Part shown: positions 9,629 through 19,506 of the stretch, piece after piece | Numbering within the stretch: the first letter of the stretch is position 1 | Layout: each line of letters begins with the position of its first letter | Sequence record: MN850584.1 | Reading direction: 5' to 3' (one strand) | Source of the DNA: Escherichia phage arall | Length of the DNA stretch: 64,000 nt | Made by a program: the position numbers and the translations under genes | The notes under the pieces: generated by a model | Databases searched by the model: none | Told to the model about the DNA's origin: nothing | What the model saw: only the letters and a program-made list of their open reading frames with translations

Positions 9629-10606
9629 TTAAGCAACAGTCTGGTCTTCTTTTTCAGGGAAGATTAAACTTGCAAGAACACCCAGCCCAAGAGTACCTAA
9701 CACAATATACATACTGATCGTCGGGTCAATGTGTGCTGGCAGGAAACTCATTTTTGCGTGCAGAGTTTCTGCAAACGGATGATACATCAGTTTTACACCA
9801 ACAAATACCAGGACTACGATAACTGCTTTCTCCAGATGAACCAAATACTTCAGTGCAACACTAAGAACAAAGAACAGAGCACGTAAACCTAAGATTGCAC
9901 AGAGCATCGAAGAGAACACCAGCAGAGGTTCTTGTGTCACTGCAATTACTGCTGGAACAGAGTCTACTGCAAAGATTACGTCAACCATTTCCATTACAAA
10001 CACACAAACCAGAGCCGGAGTTGCTACACGAACACCATTTTTTATTGTGAAGAACTTCTCACCATTCATCTGATCAGATACAGGGAACAGCTTACGAACA
10101 ATGCGAGTAGCCCAGTGTTTAGAGTAATCAACTTCTGCATCATCATCCCCAGCGAATACCATTTTAGCCGCACAGAAAAGGATGACAGCACCGAAGAAGA
10201 TATTAACATACCAGCCCAAACTCAACAAGTAAGTACCTACTGCTACAAACACACCTCGGAAGACAATCGCACCTGCAATACCCCAAAGTAGAATTTTGTG
10301 CTGCAAGTGTGTGCTTTTAATACCAAAACTTGCGAAGACTGCCACAAATACTACTAAGTTATCTACAGAAAGAGATTTCTCCAACACATACCCACTCAAG
10401 AACAAGCTCGCAAAATCAGCACCGTGTTGGAAGTATACAAAACCATAGTAGGCTAATGATACCCCAATCCAGAAAATTGACCAGCCAATTGCAGATTTAA
10501 ATGAAATTTCTTTGTTTTCTCTGTGTCCAAAGAAGTCAATACAAATCGACAAGACTAAAATACCCACTAAAACAACCACATCAATAATTGGGAAACCCAG
10601 TTGCAT
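9629..10606 (-). CDS. TerC-family integral membrane protein
   Basis: Multi-pass membrane protein with LSVDNLVVF TerC signature. Confidence 0.8.
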   Translation of the reverse strand: MQLGFPIIDVVVLVGILVLSICIDFFGHRENKEISFKSAIGWSIFWIGVSLAYYGFVYFQHGADFASLFLSGYVLEKSLSVDNLVVFVAVFASFGIKSTHLQHKILLWGIAGAIVFRGVFVAVGTYLLSLGWYVNIFFGAVILFCAAKMVFAGDDDAEVDYSKHWATRIVRKLFPVSDQMNGEKFFTIKNGVRVATPALVCVFVMEMVDVIFAVDSVPAVIAVTQEPLLVFSSMLCAILGLRALFFVLSVALKYLVHLEKAVIVVLVFVGVKLMYHPFAETLHAKMSFLPAHIDPTISMYIVLGTLGLGVLASLIFPEKEDQTVA

Positions 10607-10683
10607 TCTTTTCTCCTCTTTAATGCGGAGGACAATCCTCCGCTCTATGTCTTATACTATAAACTGTTTTTAAAGAAAGTCAA

Positions 10684-10932
10684 CTAGTTCAGTTCTGTAA
10701 TTTTAAGTTTATCTTCTTTGTTAATGATAGGGAAAGCTACAGCATCACCTACGTCATCAATAAAGCAAATAGCAAGACCACCTTCCACTTTGCTAATCTG
10801 ACCATTAAAGGCGTGATACGGGGCAGGAACTTGATCTCCATCTTCAAGGAGAATAGCCTCGTAAACCTTGCCGATAGTACAATCACGAGTGTTTCTAAAT
10901 TTTTCAAGCACTTCAACATTTACTTTACGCAT
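10684..10932 (-). CDS. Hypothetical protein
   Basis: 82 aa ORF in block. Confidence 0.45.
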   Translation of the reverse strand: MRKVNVEVLEKFRNTRDCTIGKVYEAILLEDGDQVPAPYHAFNGQISKVEGGLAICFIDDVGDAVAFPIINKEDKLKITELN

Positions 10933-10946
10933 ATAAAAATCCTCTC

Positions 10947-11153
10947 TTATTTGTTAGATTGAAAGATACCACGGAGTACCGCAAGAATGAACGTCACACA
11001 GACTACACTCCAAAACGTTACAGGAACATGATGCCAGTCTAAGCCGATAATGTCAATCATATAGTTGTATGCTAAAAGCAGTAGCCAACTAGGGATTAAC
11101 ACAATCAAAAACACAACAATAAAACAACCTAATACTGCTAAAACACCTGCCAT
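10947..11153 (-). CDS. Small membrane protein
   Basis: 68 aa, two hydrophobic segments. Confidence 0.45.
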   Translation of the reverse strand: MAGVLAVLGCFIVVFLIVLIPSWLLLLAYNYMIDIIGLDWHHVPVTFWSVVCVTFILAVLRGIFQSNK

Positions 11154-11162
11154 ACTTTCTCC

Positions 11163-11879
11163 TTATTTCAGTTTGTAAACAATTACATTTAAACCTTTGT
11201 TTACTAGAGTTTCTTCGATCATAAGTTTTACAATATTCCAAGAACCTCCAGCCAAACCACAACCAAGCATTGGTAAACCTACAATTTTACCGCCTGAAGA
11301 TACAACATCGTCTCCCATACTATCTAACGCATTGTAGATAGCTTCATAATTCAGGTCACGCTTACCTTCCTCACGACGACTATAACCATATTGTCCATAT
11401 AAATTATAAATTGTCAAATTGTTTTCTGTATACTTAGTAAACGTACCTAATTTTTTATAATCACCACGTTTAGTGGCACAATCTGCTTTAAACGCACCAG
11501 GCCACTTGCTTTTAATTTTTGGTGCAATACCACTACCCATAGTGCAAAAACAGTTACAGCAGTGTGCTATAGCGTCTATATCGCCTCTCTCGGCTGCTGC
11601 TAAAAGATCACCGTATACCTCAATGATACCTGCTAGATAACTTGTTACAATTTCATCTTCCCAGTACATTTGCTCTACACCACCGATCAGTGCAAAGTTT
11701 TGTGTAAGGCGATCATCAATATAGTTAAGACCTGAAACATACACAGCATATTCATCCTGTGCTGTAATACCTTGTACACGAATTCTTAAGACACCATCTT
11801 TATCTGTTGCTACACGCCCAAAATCTTTTTCTGTAATATTGGTGATAGGATCTCCGAAAGTCATTACTTTATTAGACAT
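11163..11879 (-). CDS. Macro-domain protein (putative ADP-ribose binding/hydrolase)
   Basis: ATG at 11879 overlapping upstream stop; GDIDAIAHCCNC...GSGIA...VGLPMLGCGLAGG follows macro-domain motif order. Confidence 0.5.
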   Translation of the reverse strand: MSNKVMTFGDPITNITEKDFGRVATDKDGVLRIRVQGITAQDEYAVYVSGLNYIDDRLTQNFALIGGVEQMYWEDEIVTSYLAGIIEVYGDLLAAAERGDIDAIAHCCNCFCTMGSGIAPKIKSKWPGAFKADCATKRGDYKKLGTFTKYTENNLTIYNLYGQYGYSRREEGKRDLNYEAIYNALDSMGDDVVSSGGKIVGLPMLGCGLAGGSWNIVKLMIEETLVNKGLNVIVYKLK

Positions 11880-12729
11880 AATAATCCCCTTTAACATTAG
11901 ATTTGTTGATAATGTTGCTTTCAAAAAATTGACGTAGGAAATCAAAGTTCTCTTTATATTTTTCAATGTTATTGTAGCCTTCTGCAAGGCAACCAAAGAA
12001 CAGTTGTTCTACATAATACAAAGGAAGCTGTGAAAGTGCAATTTTAAAATCAACTTCGCTTTGACTCATTAGATACTTAATAGGACGAACCAAACATTTA
12101 GCATCAGTTTCTTGCTTAATCATTTTAATAAAAGCTGCCAGGTTATTGATATAGTTGAAGTTAAGTGCAGCTTCGGTATTGGCTTCTGTACCTTCATACT
12201 TTGCAAAGTACAGGAAAAACGTATCGTTTTCAACACCTTCTTTGTCTAAAATTTCAATAAGTTTTTCTTCGTGCGTTCCTGTAATATTAACATCATCAAT
12301 GAAAATCAGAGTTTTATTACCCCAGAAATCACGATTGATAGAGAAAGTGTCACCATCGATCAAAGCCTTACGATCTTCTTTGCTAAGAAATCCATAATCA
12401 TTGATATAGCTCACTTTACGATGAACGATATCCCACTCCACTGCTTTACCTCCTTTGATAGAGATTAGGTAGTTGAGGTGATCTACAAAATGTTCAGATA
12501 ACACTGTAGCTGCATTTTTCACATAGTTATATGGAGATGGAATAACAACAAAACTTTCATTTACCAGTCGTTCTTCATACTTGGAAAAGAAACTTTCAGC
12601 CAGAATGCGTCCCATTCTTTTTGCTGCTTGGTTACTACCAAACTTTAGTTTGGAATAATCTGCAATGTTAAATTTTGCTTCCTTCAGGTTAGTAAAAGTA
12701 TTAGCAAAATGTTGAATTTGATTACGCAT
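11872..12729 (-). CDS. Type I phosphoribosyltransferase-fold protein
   Basis: KTLIFIDDVNITGTHEE matches the PRPP-binding loop of type I PRTases; unusual N- and C-terminal extensions. Confidence 0.55.
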   Translation of the reverse strand: MRNQIQHFANTFTNLKEAKFNIADYSKLKFGSNQAAKRMGRILAESFFSKYEERLVNESFVVIPSPYNYVKNAATVLSEHFVDHLNYLISIKGGKAVEWDIVHRKVSYINDYGFLSKEDRKALIDGDTFSINRDFWGNKTLIFIDDVNITGTHEEKLIEILDKEGVENDTFFLYFAKYEGTEANTEAALNFNYINNLAAFIKMIKQETDAKCLVRPIKYLMSQSEVDFKIALSQLPLYYVEQLFFGCLAEGYNNIEKYKENFDFLRQFFESNIINKSNVKGDYYV

Positions 12730-13378
12730 TAATAAGTTCCTCTTTTTTAAGTTTAGCCAACAAGTCTTCTGGATTAATAATATGACAGAACTTCATCCCT
12801 ATGTCAACAGCTTTTCCATCATAAATCAAACTATCCCCAACGTGTAAAATCTCCTCTGGTGCGAGATCAAACGTTACCATTTCATCAAAAGAGAGTTTAA
12901 AAAACCTAGGATCTGGTTTACACAAGCAAAACTCATCAGAAAAATGCATAAAGTCAAATGGTAATTTTGTCAAGCCAGAATATACAGCTAAGAAACTACC
13001 AGGTACAAAATTGGTATTGCTTTTAATACTCAAAGAATAGGTTGAACTTAGCTCTTCCAACTTCTTGCAAAGTTCAGGGTTTAATATTGGAGGATGTTTT
13101 ATAAACATTGCTAAACAGTCTCTTTTTAACCCATCTACTTTATCAAGATCAATGTTCAAATGAGCAGAAAGTGTTTCCCAAGCATTTCTAGATGTTCCAC
13201 AAATGCCTTTTTCTGCTCTTAAATCCAGGAGAGTTTTTACTTCTTTATATACGGTAGCTGCTTCTACCTCAGAACAAGAGGCATACTCGGCAATAACCTT
13301 GTTGCGTTCTTCTGCATACAAAGGATTAGCAGTAATAAGAGTATTCCATACATCAAAAGAAATATGCTTAACAGTCAT
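12722..13378 (-). CDS. HAD-superfamily hydrolase-like protein
   Basis: ISFDVWNTL (motif I-like), KPDP (motif III), HVGDSLIYDGKA (motif IV); ATG at 13378; overlaps downstream gene. Confidence 0.55.
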   Translation of the reverse strand: MTVKHISFDVWNTLITANPLYAEERNKVIAEYASCSEVEAATVYKEVKTLLDLRAEKGICGTSRNAWETLSAHLNIDLDKVDGLKRDCLAMFIKHPPILNPELCKKLEELSSTYSLSIKSNTNFVPGSFLAVYSGLTKLPFDFMHFSDEFCLCKPDPRFFKLSFDEMVTFDLAPEEILHVGDSLIYDGKAVDIGMKFCHIINPEDLLAKLKKEELINA

Positions 13379-13547
13379 TTTTAATCCTCCGTCCAAAAGA
13401 ATATCATCTGCTTAATTTTATTGATCTCTTGATGTAGTAACTTTCCAGCATGTGATTGATCTTTAATATTGACAGCAAGAATTTCAAGCTCCGTTAGTTT
13501 TTCTTGGATAGCTTTATATTCATCATCTGTAAGCATTTTCTTCCCCT

Positions 13548-13751
13548 TTAGAATGGTAATCTTTGTATGTCACTTATCCCCACACCAAGAAGTCTAGCAA
13601 TATCCTTATCTAAAAGCAACTCTTTTTGTTCTAAAATGTTAATCAGATCTCCTAATACTTCTTTAATGTCACGATCATTTTTAGCAACGTGACCACCTGC
13701 GGTATCAACTTTATCTTTAAAAACAAAATAATGATCCATAATACCCTCCAT
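13548..13751 (-). CDS. Hypothetical protein
   Basis: 67 aa ORF. Confidence 0.4.
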   Translation of the reverse strand: MEGIMDHYFVFKDKVDTAGGHVAKNDRDIKEVLGDLINILEQKELLLDKDIARLLGVGISDIQRLPF

Positions 13752-13785
13752 ATAAATAAAGGAGGCTTTCGCCTCCTTTTATCAC

Positions 13786-14946
13786 TTAGTAAGAACGACC
13801 ACCAAACACATACTCTGTGTAGTTTTTACGTTCTTTGTTTTTAATAACAACTTCAATGTTGTTACCTTTATCATCGGTGAACATAAAGTGATAGCCGTCA
13901 CCACCCATTGTACGAATGTGTTTTTCATCATACGTTAGCAAGATACGGTCTACACCCCAGTAGTAGTCACCTTCTTCATCTTTATCTTCTACGGTAACAA
14001 TCCCTTCCATTTCAGGAAGATGCTCTTCACCTAGTTTATGGTCTACAGCTACAACATAACGATTACCGCTAAACAAACCTTGTGCTGTCATACCGTCAAT
14101 ATCGGTATCTGACGAAACATCTCCTGTACGATCTACACCGTTAACTTTCAGAAGTTTAACCTCTTTTGCAGCATAGCGGTGTTCAGTAATACTGATACCC
14201 ATCAATGCAAGTGCATCAGAGAATTTGTCATTAGGGTAACGGTTAAGTTCTTCTACTAATGACTGAACAATATCAAAGTTCAAATCCACGGAGAGATTAT
14301 AAAGCGTTTCAAAATCTGGTAAGAAGGCTTTGTTCTCCAGATTTTTAGCCAGATAATCATCCATAGTAGCTTTAGGTAGTTTCTTATAGCTAAAACTGTA
14401 GAAAATACGGCTAGGACGATTACGCAAAAATTCTGATACATAACCATCATTTTTAGTCAATACAAACAGTTTGTCGTAGCCACCAACACCATCCAGCAGG
14501 GTAAGCAAACCATCTTGTGCATCTTTTTCAGCATACAGTTTATCAAATTCATCGATCATAATCATCACAGGTTGTGTGATTTTAGACATAAAATTGATAA
14601 AGCCTTCACCATTAAAAGCACTACCGATAGAAATAGTAGGAATACCCATTTCACGAAGAGCAGAAGACAGCATTTTAGCTTGCAAAGTTTTACCGCTACC
14701 TTTCGTACCTTCAAGGAGAACACCTGTGTTTTTACCTTTGCGGCTAAGGAACGTTTTGATAATACGTTCTGATTTATCATCAGTATCACCGTATGTTACT
14801 GAAGGGACTTCCATATCGTTTTTAGGATACAGGAAGAACTCACCACTTTGAGTAACACCTACACCAAAAGTTCCTGCTGGAATTTCTTCAATATCTGTAC
14901 CAGATTTCTGACGCAGAAAGATTTGATTGCCGAATACTGTAAACAT
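13786..14946 (-). CDS. AAA+/P-loop ATPase-like protein (paralog of 30965-32092)
   Basis: Walker A GTKGSGKT and Walker B MIMIDEFD; clearly alignable with the plus-strand ORF at 30965-32092. Confidence 0.6.
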   Translation of the reverse strand: MFTVFGNQIFLRQKSGTDIEEIPAGTFGVGVTQSGEFFLYPKNDMEVPSVTYGDTDDKSERIIKTFLSRKGKNTGVLLEGTKGSGKTLQAKMLSSALREMGIPTISIGSAFNGEGFINFMSKITQPVMIMIDEFDKLYAEKDAQDGLLTLLDGVGGYDKLFVLTKNDGYVSEFLRNRPSRIFYSFSYKKLPKATMDDYLAKNLENKAFLPDFETLYNLSVDLNFDIVQSLVEELNRYPNDKFSDALALMGISITEHRYAAKEVKLLKVNGVDRTGDVSSDTDIDGMTAQGLFSGNRYVVAVDHKLGEEHLPEMEGIVTVEDKDEEGDYYWGVDRILLTYDEKHIRTMGGDGYHFMFTDDKGNNIEVVIKNKERKNYTEYVFGGRSY

Positions 14947-14966
14947 AGTTTTCTCCTCTATTTAAT

Positions 14967-15437
14967 TTAGTCAGATTCCCAAATGTTGTCTTTCTTAACC
15001 CACATTCGTTGATTATCTGAACCTCTATAACGTTTCGTTGTTGGTTGATTCATATCATACTTACCATCTATCACTATGTCAACCAGTTTTTTAATTTTCT
15101 CTGGAATTTCTTCAAAAAGATATCCTGTATATAAGACAATATCTTTTTTGTTTCCAAAACAATCTCTTACCTTCTCAAGAACATACTCTACAGTGTCAAT
15201 GTTCTCTTTGTCAAGAGGTTCACCACCTAAAACTGTTAATCCTTTAATGAAAGGTCGAGATAAATCTTCCAAGATAAGATCTAATGTTTCAGCAGTGAAC
15301 TCTTGTCCGTAGTTATACGACCAGGCTTTCTGGTTAAAGCAGCCACGGCAACCGTGGCTACAACCGCTCACCCACAAAGAGCATCTTACACCGTCACCGT
15401 TGAGCATGTCAACAGGTTCATATCCGGCGTAATTCAA
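14967..15437 (-). CDS. nrdG: Anaerobic ribonucleotide reductase activating protein (radical SAM)
   Basis: CSHGCRGC cysteine motif, about 156 aa, immediately downstream of nrdD. Confidence 0.85.
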   Translation of the reverse strand: MNYAGYEPVDMLNGDGVRCSLWVSGCSHGCRGCFNQKAWSYNYGQEFTAETLDLILEDLSRPFIKGLTVLGGEPLDKENIDTVEYVLEKVRDCFGNKKDIVLYTGYLFEEIPEKIKKLVDIVIDGKYDMNQPTTKRYRGSDNQRMWVKKDNIWESD

Positions 15438-16375
15438 AAGTGTTTCTCCCTTTCTAGTACCTCTTGCATTTTACCTTTATTATAAGGGCGAGAGTTAGGG
15501 GCAGAAAGGTATCCTGACACTCTTCTGATCACAGATATGGATTCTTCTTCGTGATTACCGCAACTTGGACACTCGAAGCCTTTAGCTGTTGCCTTAAATT
15601 CACCATGAAAACCACATTTGAAACACTGATCTACAGGTTGGTTCACGCCAAAATAAGGGATTTTGTTGTAGGCATAATCTACAAGAGTTTCCAGTGCTTG
15701 CAAGTTATTTTTAAGGTTCGGTGTTTCTACATAACCTATGTTCCCACCATTACTAATTTGTGCAAAACCTTCCTCATAATCCCACTTTTGGAACGGGGTA
15801 GTGTGCATCCATACAGGTTGATGGAAAGAGTTTGTCAAGTAGTCACGATCAATAGAGCCAGGATAGCGATCATTTAACGCTTTGGCAAATTTATAGCACA
15901 AGGATTCTGCTGGTGTTCCATACAAACTAAAAGCTAAACCAGAACGTTCTTTAAATGTGCAACAGATATCCTTCATATATTGAAGGATGTTTTTACCCAT
16001 TGCTTTTGGATTGGTGTTACCTGGGTATAAAATCTCCATAGCTTCTGCTAAACCTACATAACCGATACTAATAGAGGCATAACCACCTTCGAATAGCTTA
16101 CCAATCTCTTCATTAGCTTCTAGTCGAGCTAAAGCCCCTTCCATAAACAATGTAGGGTTTTGAGATGCTTTGGTATGTCTAATACGGTTAACACGTAGCA
16201 TATGTGCCTTATACGCCATCTCCATATGTTGTTCCAACAGTTCAGTAAATAAGATGCCCTTTTCACGGGACTCTGCTGCAATGATAGGTAAGTTTAAAGA
16301 AACTACGCCTAAGTTGAAACGACCATCATATTTTTCACCTTGCTCTGTTGCATAGTATGACAAGAAACTTCTACA
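15434..16375 (-). CDS. nrdD: Anaerobic ribonucleoside-triphosphate reductase, exon 2
   Basis: Begins CRSFL..., contains C-terminal zinc-ribbon cysteines (CFKCG...CPSCG) and ends with the RVSGYL glycyl-radical-region motif; upstream part of the track ORF is intron sequence. Confidence 0.85.
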   Translation of the reverse strand, partial: CRSFLSYYATEQGEKYDGRFNLGVVSLNLPIIAAESREKGILFTELLEQHMEMAYKAHMLRVNRIRHTKASQNPTLFMEGALARLEANEEIGKLFEGGYASISIGYVGLAEAMEILYPGNTNPKAMGKNILQYMKDICCTFKERSGLAFSLYGTPAESLCYKFAKALNDRYPGSIDRDYLTNSFHQPVWMHTTPFQKWDYEEGFAQISNGGNIGYVETPNLKNNLQALETLVDYAYNKIPYFGVNQPVDQCFKCGFHGEFKATAKGFECPSCGNHEEESISVIRRVSGYLSAPNSRPYNKGKMQEVLEREKHF

Positions 16376-17144
16376 CATTATGTTCAAAGTGGCTCGCAAG
16401 GCCACTCCCGCACCATTACGTGCTGCTGCATGTCACCATGCAGATCAGACTATATCTTCATGCTTAAAGCATGTCTACCATTTGGGGTGTCATAGGCTTA
16501 CACCCTACGCTGCTACATTCATCACAGCTAGTCGTTAGGCATTTCGTAACAGAACTCATAATCATAATTATTTGGTGCTCCGCGCTTTAAGATTGCAGAT
16601 ATTCTTTTTCTGTCCAACCCTAAAGCGTCAGCACAACATCTCAGACTTTTAAAGTAAAAAACTTCACCAGTAGCCTTATGAGTAGCTTTTACACTGTGAC
16701 ACCTTGTGTAGAAAGCATAACAGTTATTATCGTAACCCTCTTGCGTGTTGTCTGGACAAGATCCCCACTCAAGATTGTATACACTGTTGTCTTTCCTATT
16801 GTCACCTTTATGCTTCACATAAGGTAAATTGTCTGGATTGGGTAAAAACGCTTCAGCTACAAGTCTGTGCACCCGAAAGCAAACAGTTTTCTTGTTTTTA
16901 CGTATTCTGACAAGTTGGTATCCTGTGTTTATTTCTTCCCACGAGCGAAGGATTCTTTCATCCTTATACCTGGTACAATAAACATTTCCAAGCTCGTCAA
17001 TTTCATACCCTTCAAAATCACGAATTTGTTTTCTCATACCAGTACCCCCTTCTTCTGTGTTGGGAGTTCTGTTACGTTTAGCACGGGATTGTCTCGTTGA
17101 GAGTTCCCCCGTTTAGGCAGATTTTACATGAGCAGTTATAGTTT
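16376..17144 (-). mobile_element. Group I intron interrupting nrdD, carrying an HNH endonuclease ORF
   Basis: Exon 1 frame stops 2 codons after ...VTSMG; exon 2 resumes CRSFL; intron has the group I core recalled from T4 td-type introns (CTAAACGGGG...GACAATCCCGTGCTAAA), exon ends in U, intron ends in G. Confidence 0.75.
16528..17037 (-). CDS. HNH homing endonuclease (intron-encoded)
   Basis: VHRLVAEAF...VKHKGDNRKDNSVYNLEW matches the HNH_3 motif; lies inside the nrdD intron. Confidence 0.8.
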   Translation of the reverse strand: MRKQIRDFEGYEIDELGNVYCTRYKDERILRSWEEINTGYQLVRIRKNKKTVCFRVHRLVAEAFLPNPDNLPYVKHKGDNRKDNSVYNLEWGSCPDNTQEGYDNNCYAFYTRCHSVKATHKATGEVFYFKSLRCCADALGLDRKRISAILKRGAPNNYDYEFCYEMPND

Positions 17145-18002
17145 ACCCATGCTTGTGACGCGACCATCTGAAGATCCTGTAACTTCTTTGTTTAAAGGTA
17201 CAGAGATAAAATCAGGATAAATGCGTTCAGCACAACACTCCATTGCCAGTTGCTTCAAATCATAGTTTGGATCGCCAGCTTTCATGTTAACACCATCTTC
17301 CAAGAAGAAGATAACTTTAGGAAACACAGGAGTTACCCTATCTTTTCCTAATCCTTGTTTGTGCACCATTAGGTAGTTTTTAGTGATCATTCTACCAAAA
17401 GCAGAGGTATCCAAACCTAAACTAATTGTTATAAAAGGTGACTGACCATTTACACTCATTAGAGTGTTCACCTGGTAGATTAAAGTTTGCATTGCATCAT
17501 AGACCTGTTTATCTACCATACGCATAGCAATATCATAATCGCCAACATCGGCATATATTTTATTAAAACTTGCTTTAACGTATTGACTAAGCCCAGTATC
17601 AACATGTGCACAAGTTTGTCCACCATATTGGCTAGAAGCTACTGCTTGAATAATTTGAGTTAGGACAGTAGTCGCTACACCGATAGATTTTGGTTTTTCA
17701 ATATGTGCATTACCAATACGGAAACCGTTCTCAAGCATATCTTGGTAATTTACCAGGCAACAATTAGTTAAAGGTGAGAGTAAATAATCTAAATCGTGAA
17801 TGTGACCATACCCACTTTTATGCCATTCTGCCAGATCTTCCGGTAAAATATGGGTCATTGCCATGTGCTTGCTTAGGATACCTGCTAGTAAGTCTCGGTG
17901 AGTATTAACAATCATTGCAGGTTTGTTTGCATTTTCACGAGTAAATTCTTCGGATGTTTGTTCGAGGAATCCGATTACATCCTCATATAGTTTTTGGGTC
18001 AT
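17145..18002 (-). CDS. nrdD: Anaerobic ribonucleoside-triphosphate reductase, exon 1
   Basis: 286 aa N-terminal NrdD portion ending ...EVTGSSDGRVTSMG; exon1+exon2 about 600 aa, typical NrdD size. Confidence 0.85.
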
Positions 18003-18091
18003 TAATCCTCCGTGGAAAATAAAAGCCAGCTTAATGCTGGCTTTAGGGTGGATCTTTATTTTAAATCTTTTTCGTAAGATTGTCCTTGATC

Positions 18092-19042
18092 TTAGTCAAG
18101 GTTTTTGGTAATACGTGTACAACCGTCAGAAGTCAAACCGTCAACTTGAGTTTCCCAAGTGCCATGAATATTTCGGAACAATGTTGTTACACCTTTTGGT
18201 TCATTAATAATGATTGCCATAACAAGTTTAGGATCGATAACAGACATAATCTTTTCCTCAATACCCTCTGTAATAACATTATTGCGCACAATATTAATTG
18301 CATCTTCTTGTACAGTAAGAGCACTTACATTCTTAAGAGTATATACCTGCTGTGTAGTGTAAATGATACGAACATAGCTTACAGAACGAGTAGGCACAGG
18401 TTTACGCGGTCGGCGAAAACGTGGTTTTGGTGAAGATTCAGTCTTACTTTCATTTTTTGAATAATACTCCTCAAACAGTTTAGTAAATGTTTTTACATCA
18501 ACTACAAACCGATCTTTCCTATATGGAGAATTCTTATGTGCACCATTAATACCACTGTTTTCATCGAAGAAAGTAATGTTTTCTTCAGTTGAATACATTA
18601 GATAATGATCTGCATTTTTCCAATGTGGTTGTGGACAACGAGGATTACAAACGGAAAGCAGATAACTAATATCTTCTTCCGTGGCATCAGTATCCAGGAA
18701 ACACGTATTATGCACAGTCAGTTGTACTTTTTCAGCCATATCTTTTTCTTTATCCTCTTTAGCAAGATATTCAGTACGAATAATCTCCAGAAAACCTTCA
18801 GGTGTTACTTCCATAAATTTATATTCAGGATGAAGCTCCATATATTCAAATCCACAACCATCTAATTGCTGTAGGAAGTTAGGGTAGAAGAACAAATCAT
18901 TAACACTGTGAATCAGATCATTGATTTCTGCTTCAGTTGTGTAACCAAAACTCTTGTGAATTGCTTCGTTAAGAATATGCAGGATACCCATCTCTTCTGC
19001 TGCTTTTTTAACTTCCAGTTTATTAGCGTAAAATGCAATCAT
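18092..19042 (-). CDS. Hypothetical protein
   Basis: 316 aa ORF. Confidence 0.55.
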   Translation of the reverse strand: MIAFYANKLEVKKAAEEMGILHILNEAIHKSFGYTTEAEINDLIHSVNDLFFYPNFLQQLDGCGFEYMELHPEYKFMEVTPEGFLEIIRTEYLAKEDKEKDMAEKVQLTVHNTCFLDTDATEEDISYLLSVCNPRCPQPHWKNADHYLMYSTEENITFFDENSGINGAHKNSPYRKDRFVVDVKTFTKLFEEYYSKNESKTESSPKPRFRRPRKPVPTRSVSYVRIIYTTQQVYTLKNVSALTVQEDAINIVRNNVITEGIEEKIMSVIDPKLVMAIIINEPKGVTTLFRNIHGTWETQVDGLTSDGCTRITKNLD

Positions 19043-19059
19043 TATGTTCTCCTTCTAAA

Positions 19060-19494
19060 TTAGTTTAAAATTTCTTTGGCAATGGTAGAAGCAAGTTTTC
19101 CATCATATTGATTAGGATACTCTGCTTTAAGGTGTTTCATCATATCTGGCATTTTCTTGCCTGTCAAGGCAAATTCTTCAGCAATCGCTCGAAGGTCATC
19201 TTCAGATAGCATTTCTGGTAAATATTTTTCCAGGGTGGTGATATCCCGCATAGCTCGCTCACATTTGCTAATGGAGGCATTAACTTTCTTAAGCGAGTCT
19301 AGTTCCTCTTTAGCGTGTGCAATACCAATCTTAACAATGTTAATCATAATATCATCTTCTGATTTATTCAGATTTGCCTTTTGAGTACGAGCAAGGTCAA
19401 ACTCACCAATAATATTAGTTAACAAAGCAAAAGCACCCTTATCGGTTGTACGTGCTAAGATACGATCTGCTTTCATTTGTGTCACAATAGACAT
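19060..19494 (-). CDS. GatB/YqeY-domain protein
   Basis: 144 aa; YLPEMLSEDDLRAIAEE...DGKLASTIAKEIL resembles YqeY-family C-terminus. Confidence 0.55.
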   Translation of the reverse strand: MSIVTQMKADRILARTTDKGAFALLTNIIGEFDLARTQKANLNKSEDDIMINIVKIGIAHAKEELDSLKKVNASISKCERAMRDITTLEKYLPEMLSEDDLRAIAEEFALTGKKMPDMMKHLKAEYPNQYDGKLASTIAKEILN

Positions 19495-19506
19495 TCTATT
19501 CTCCTC

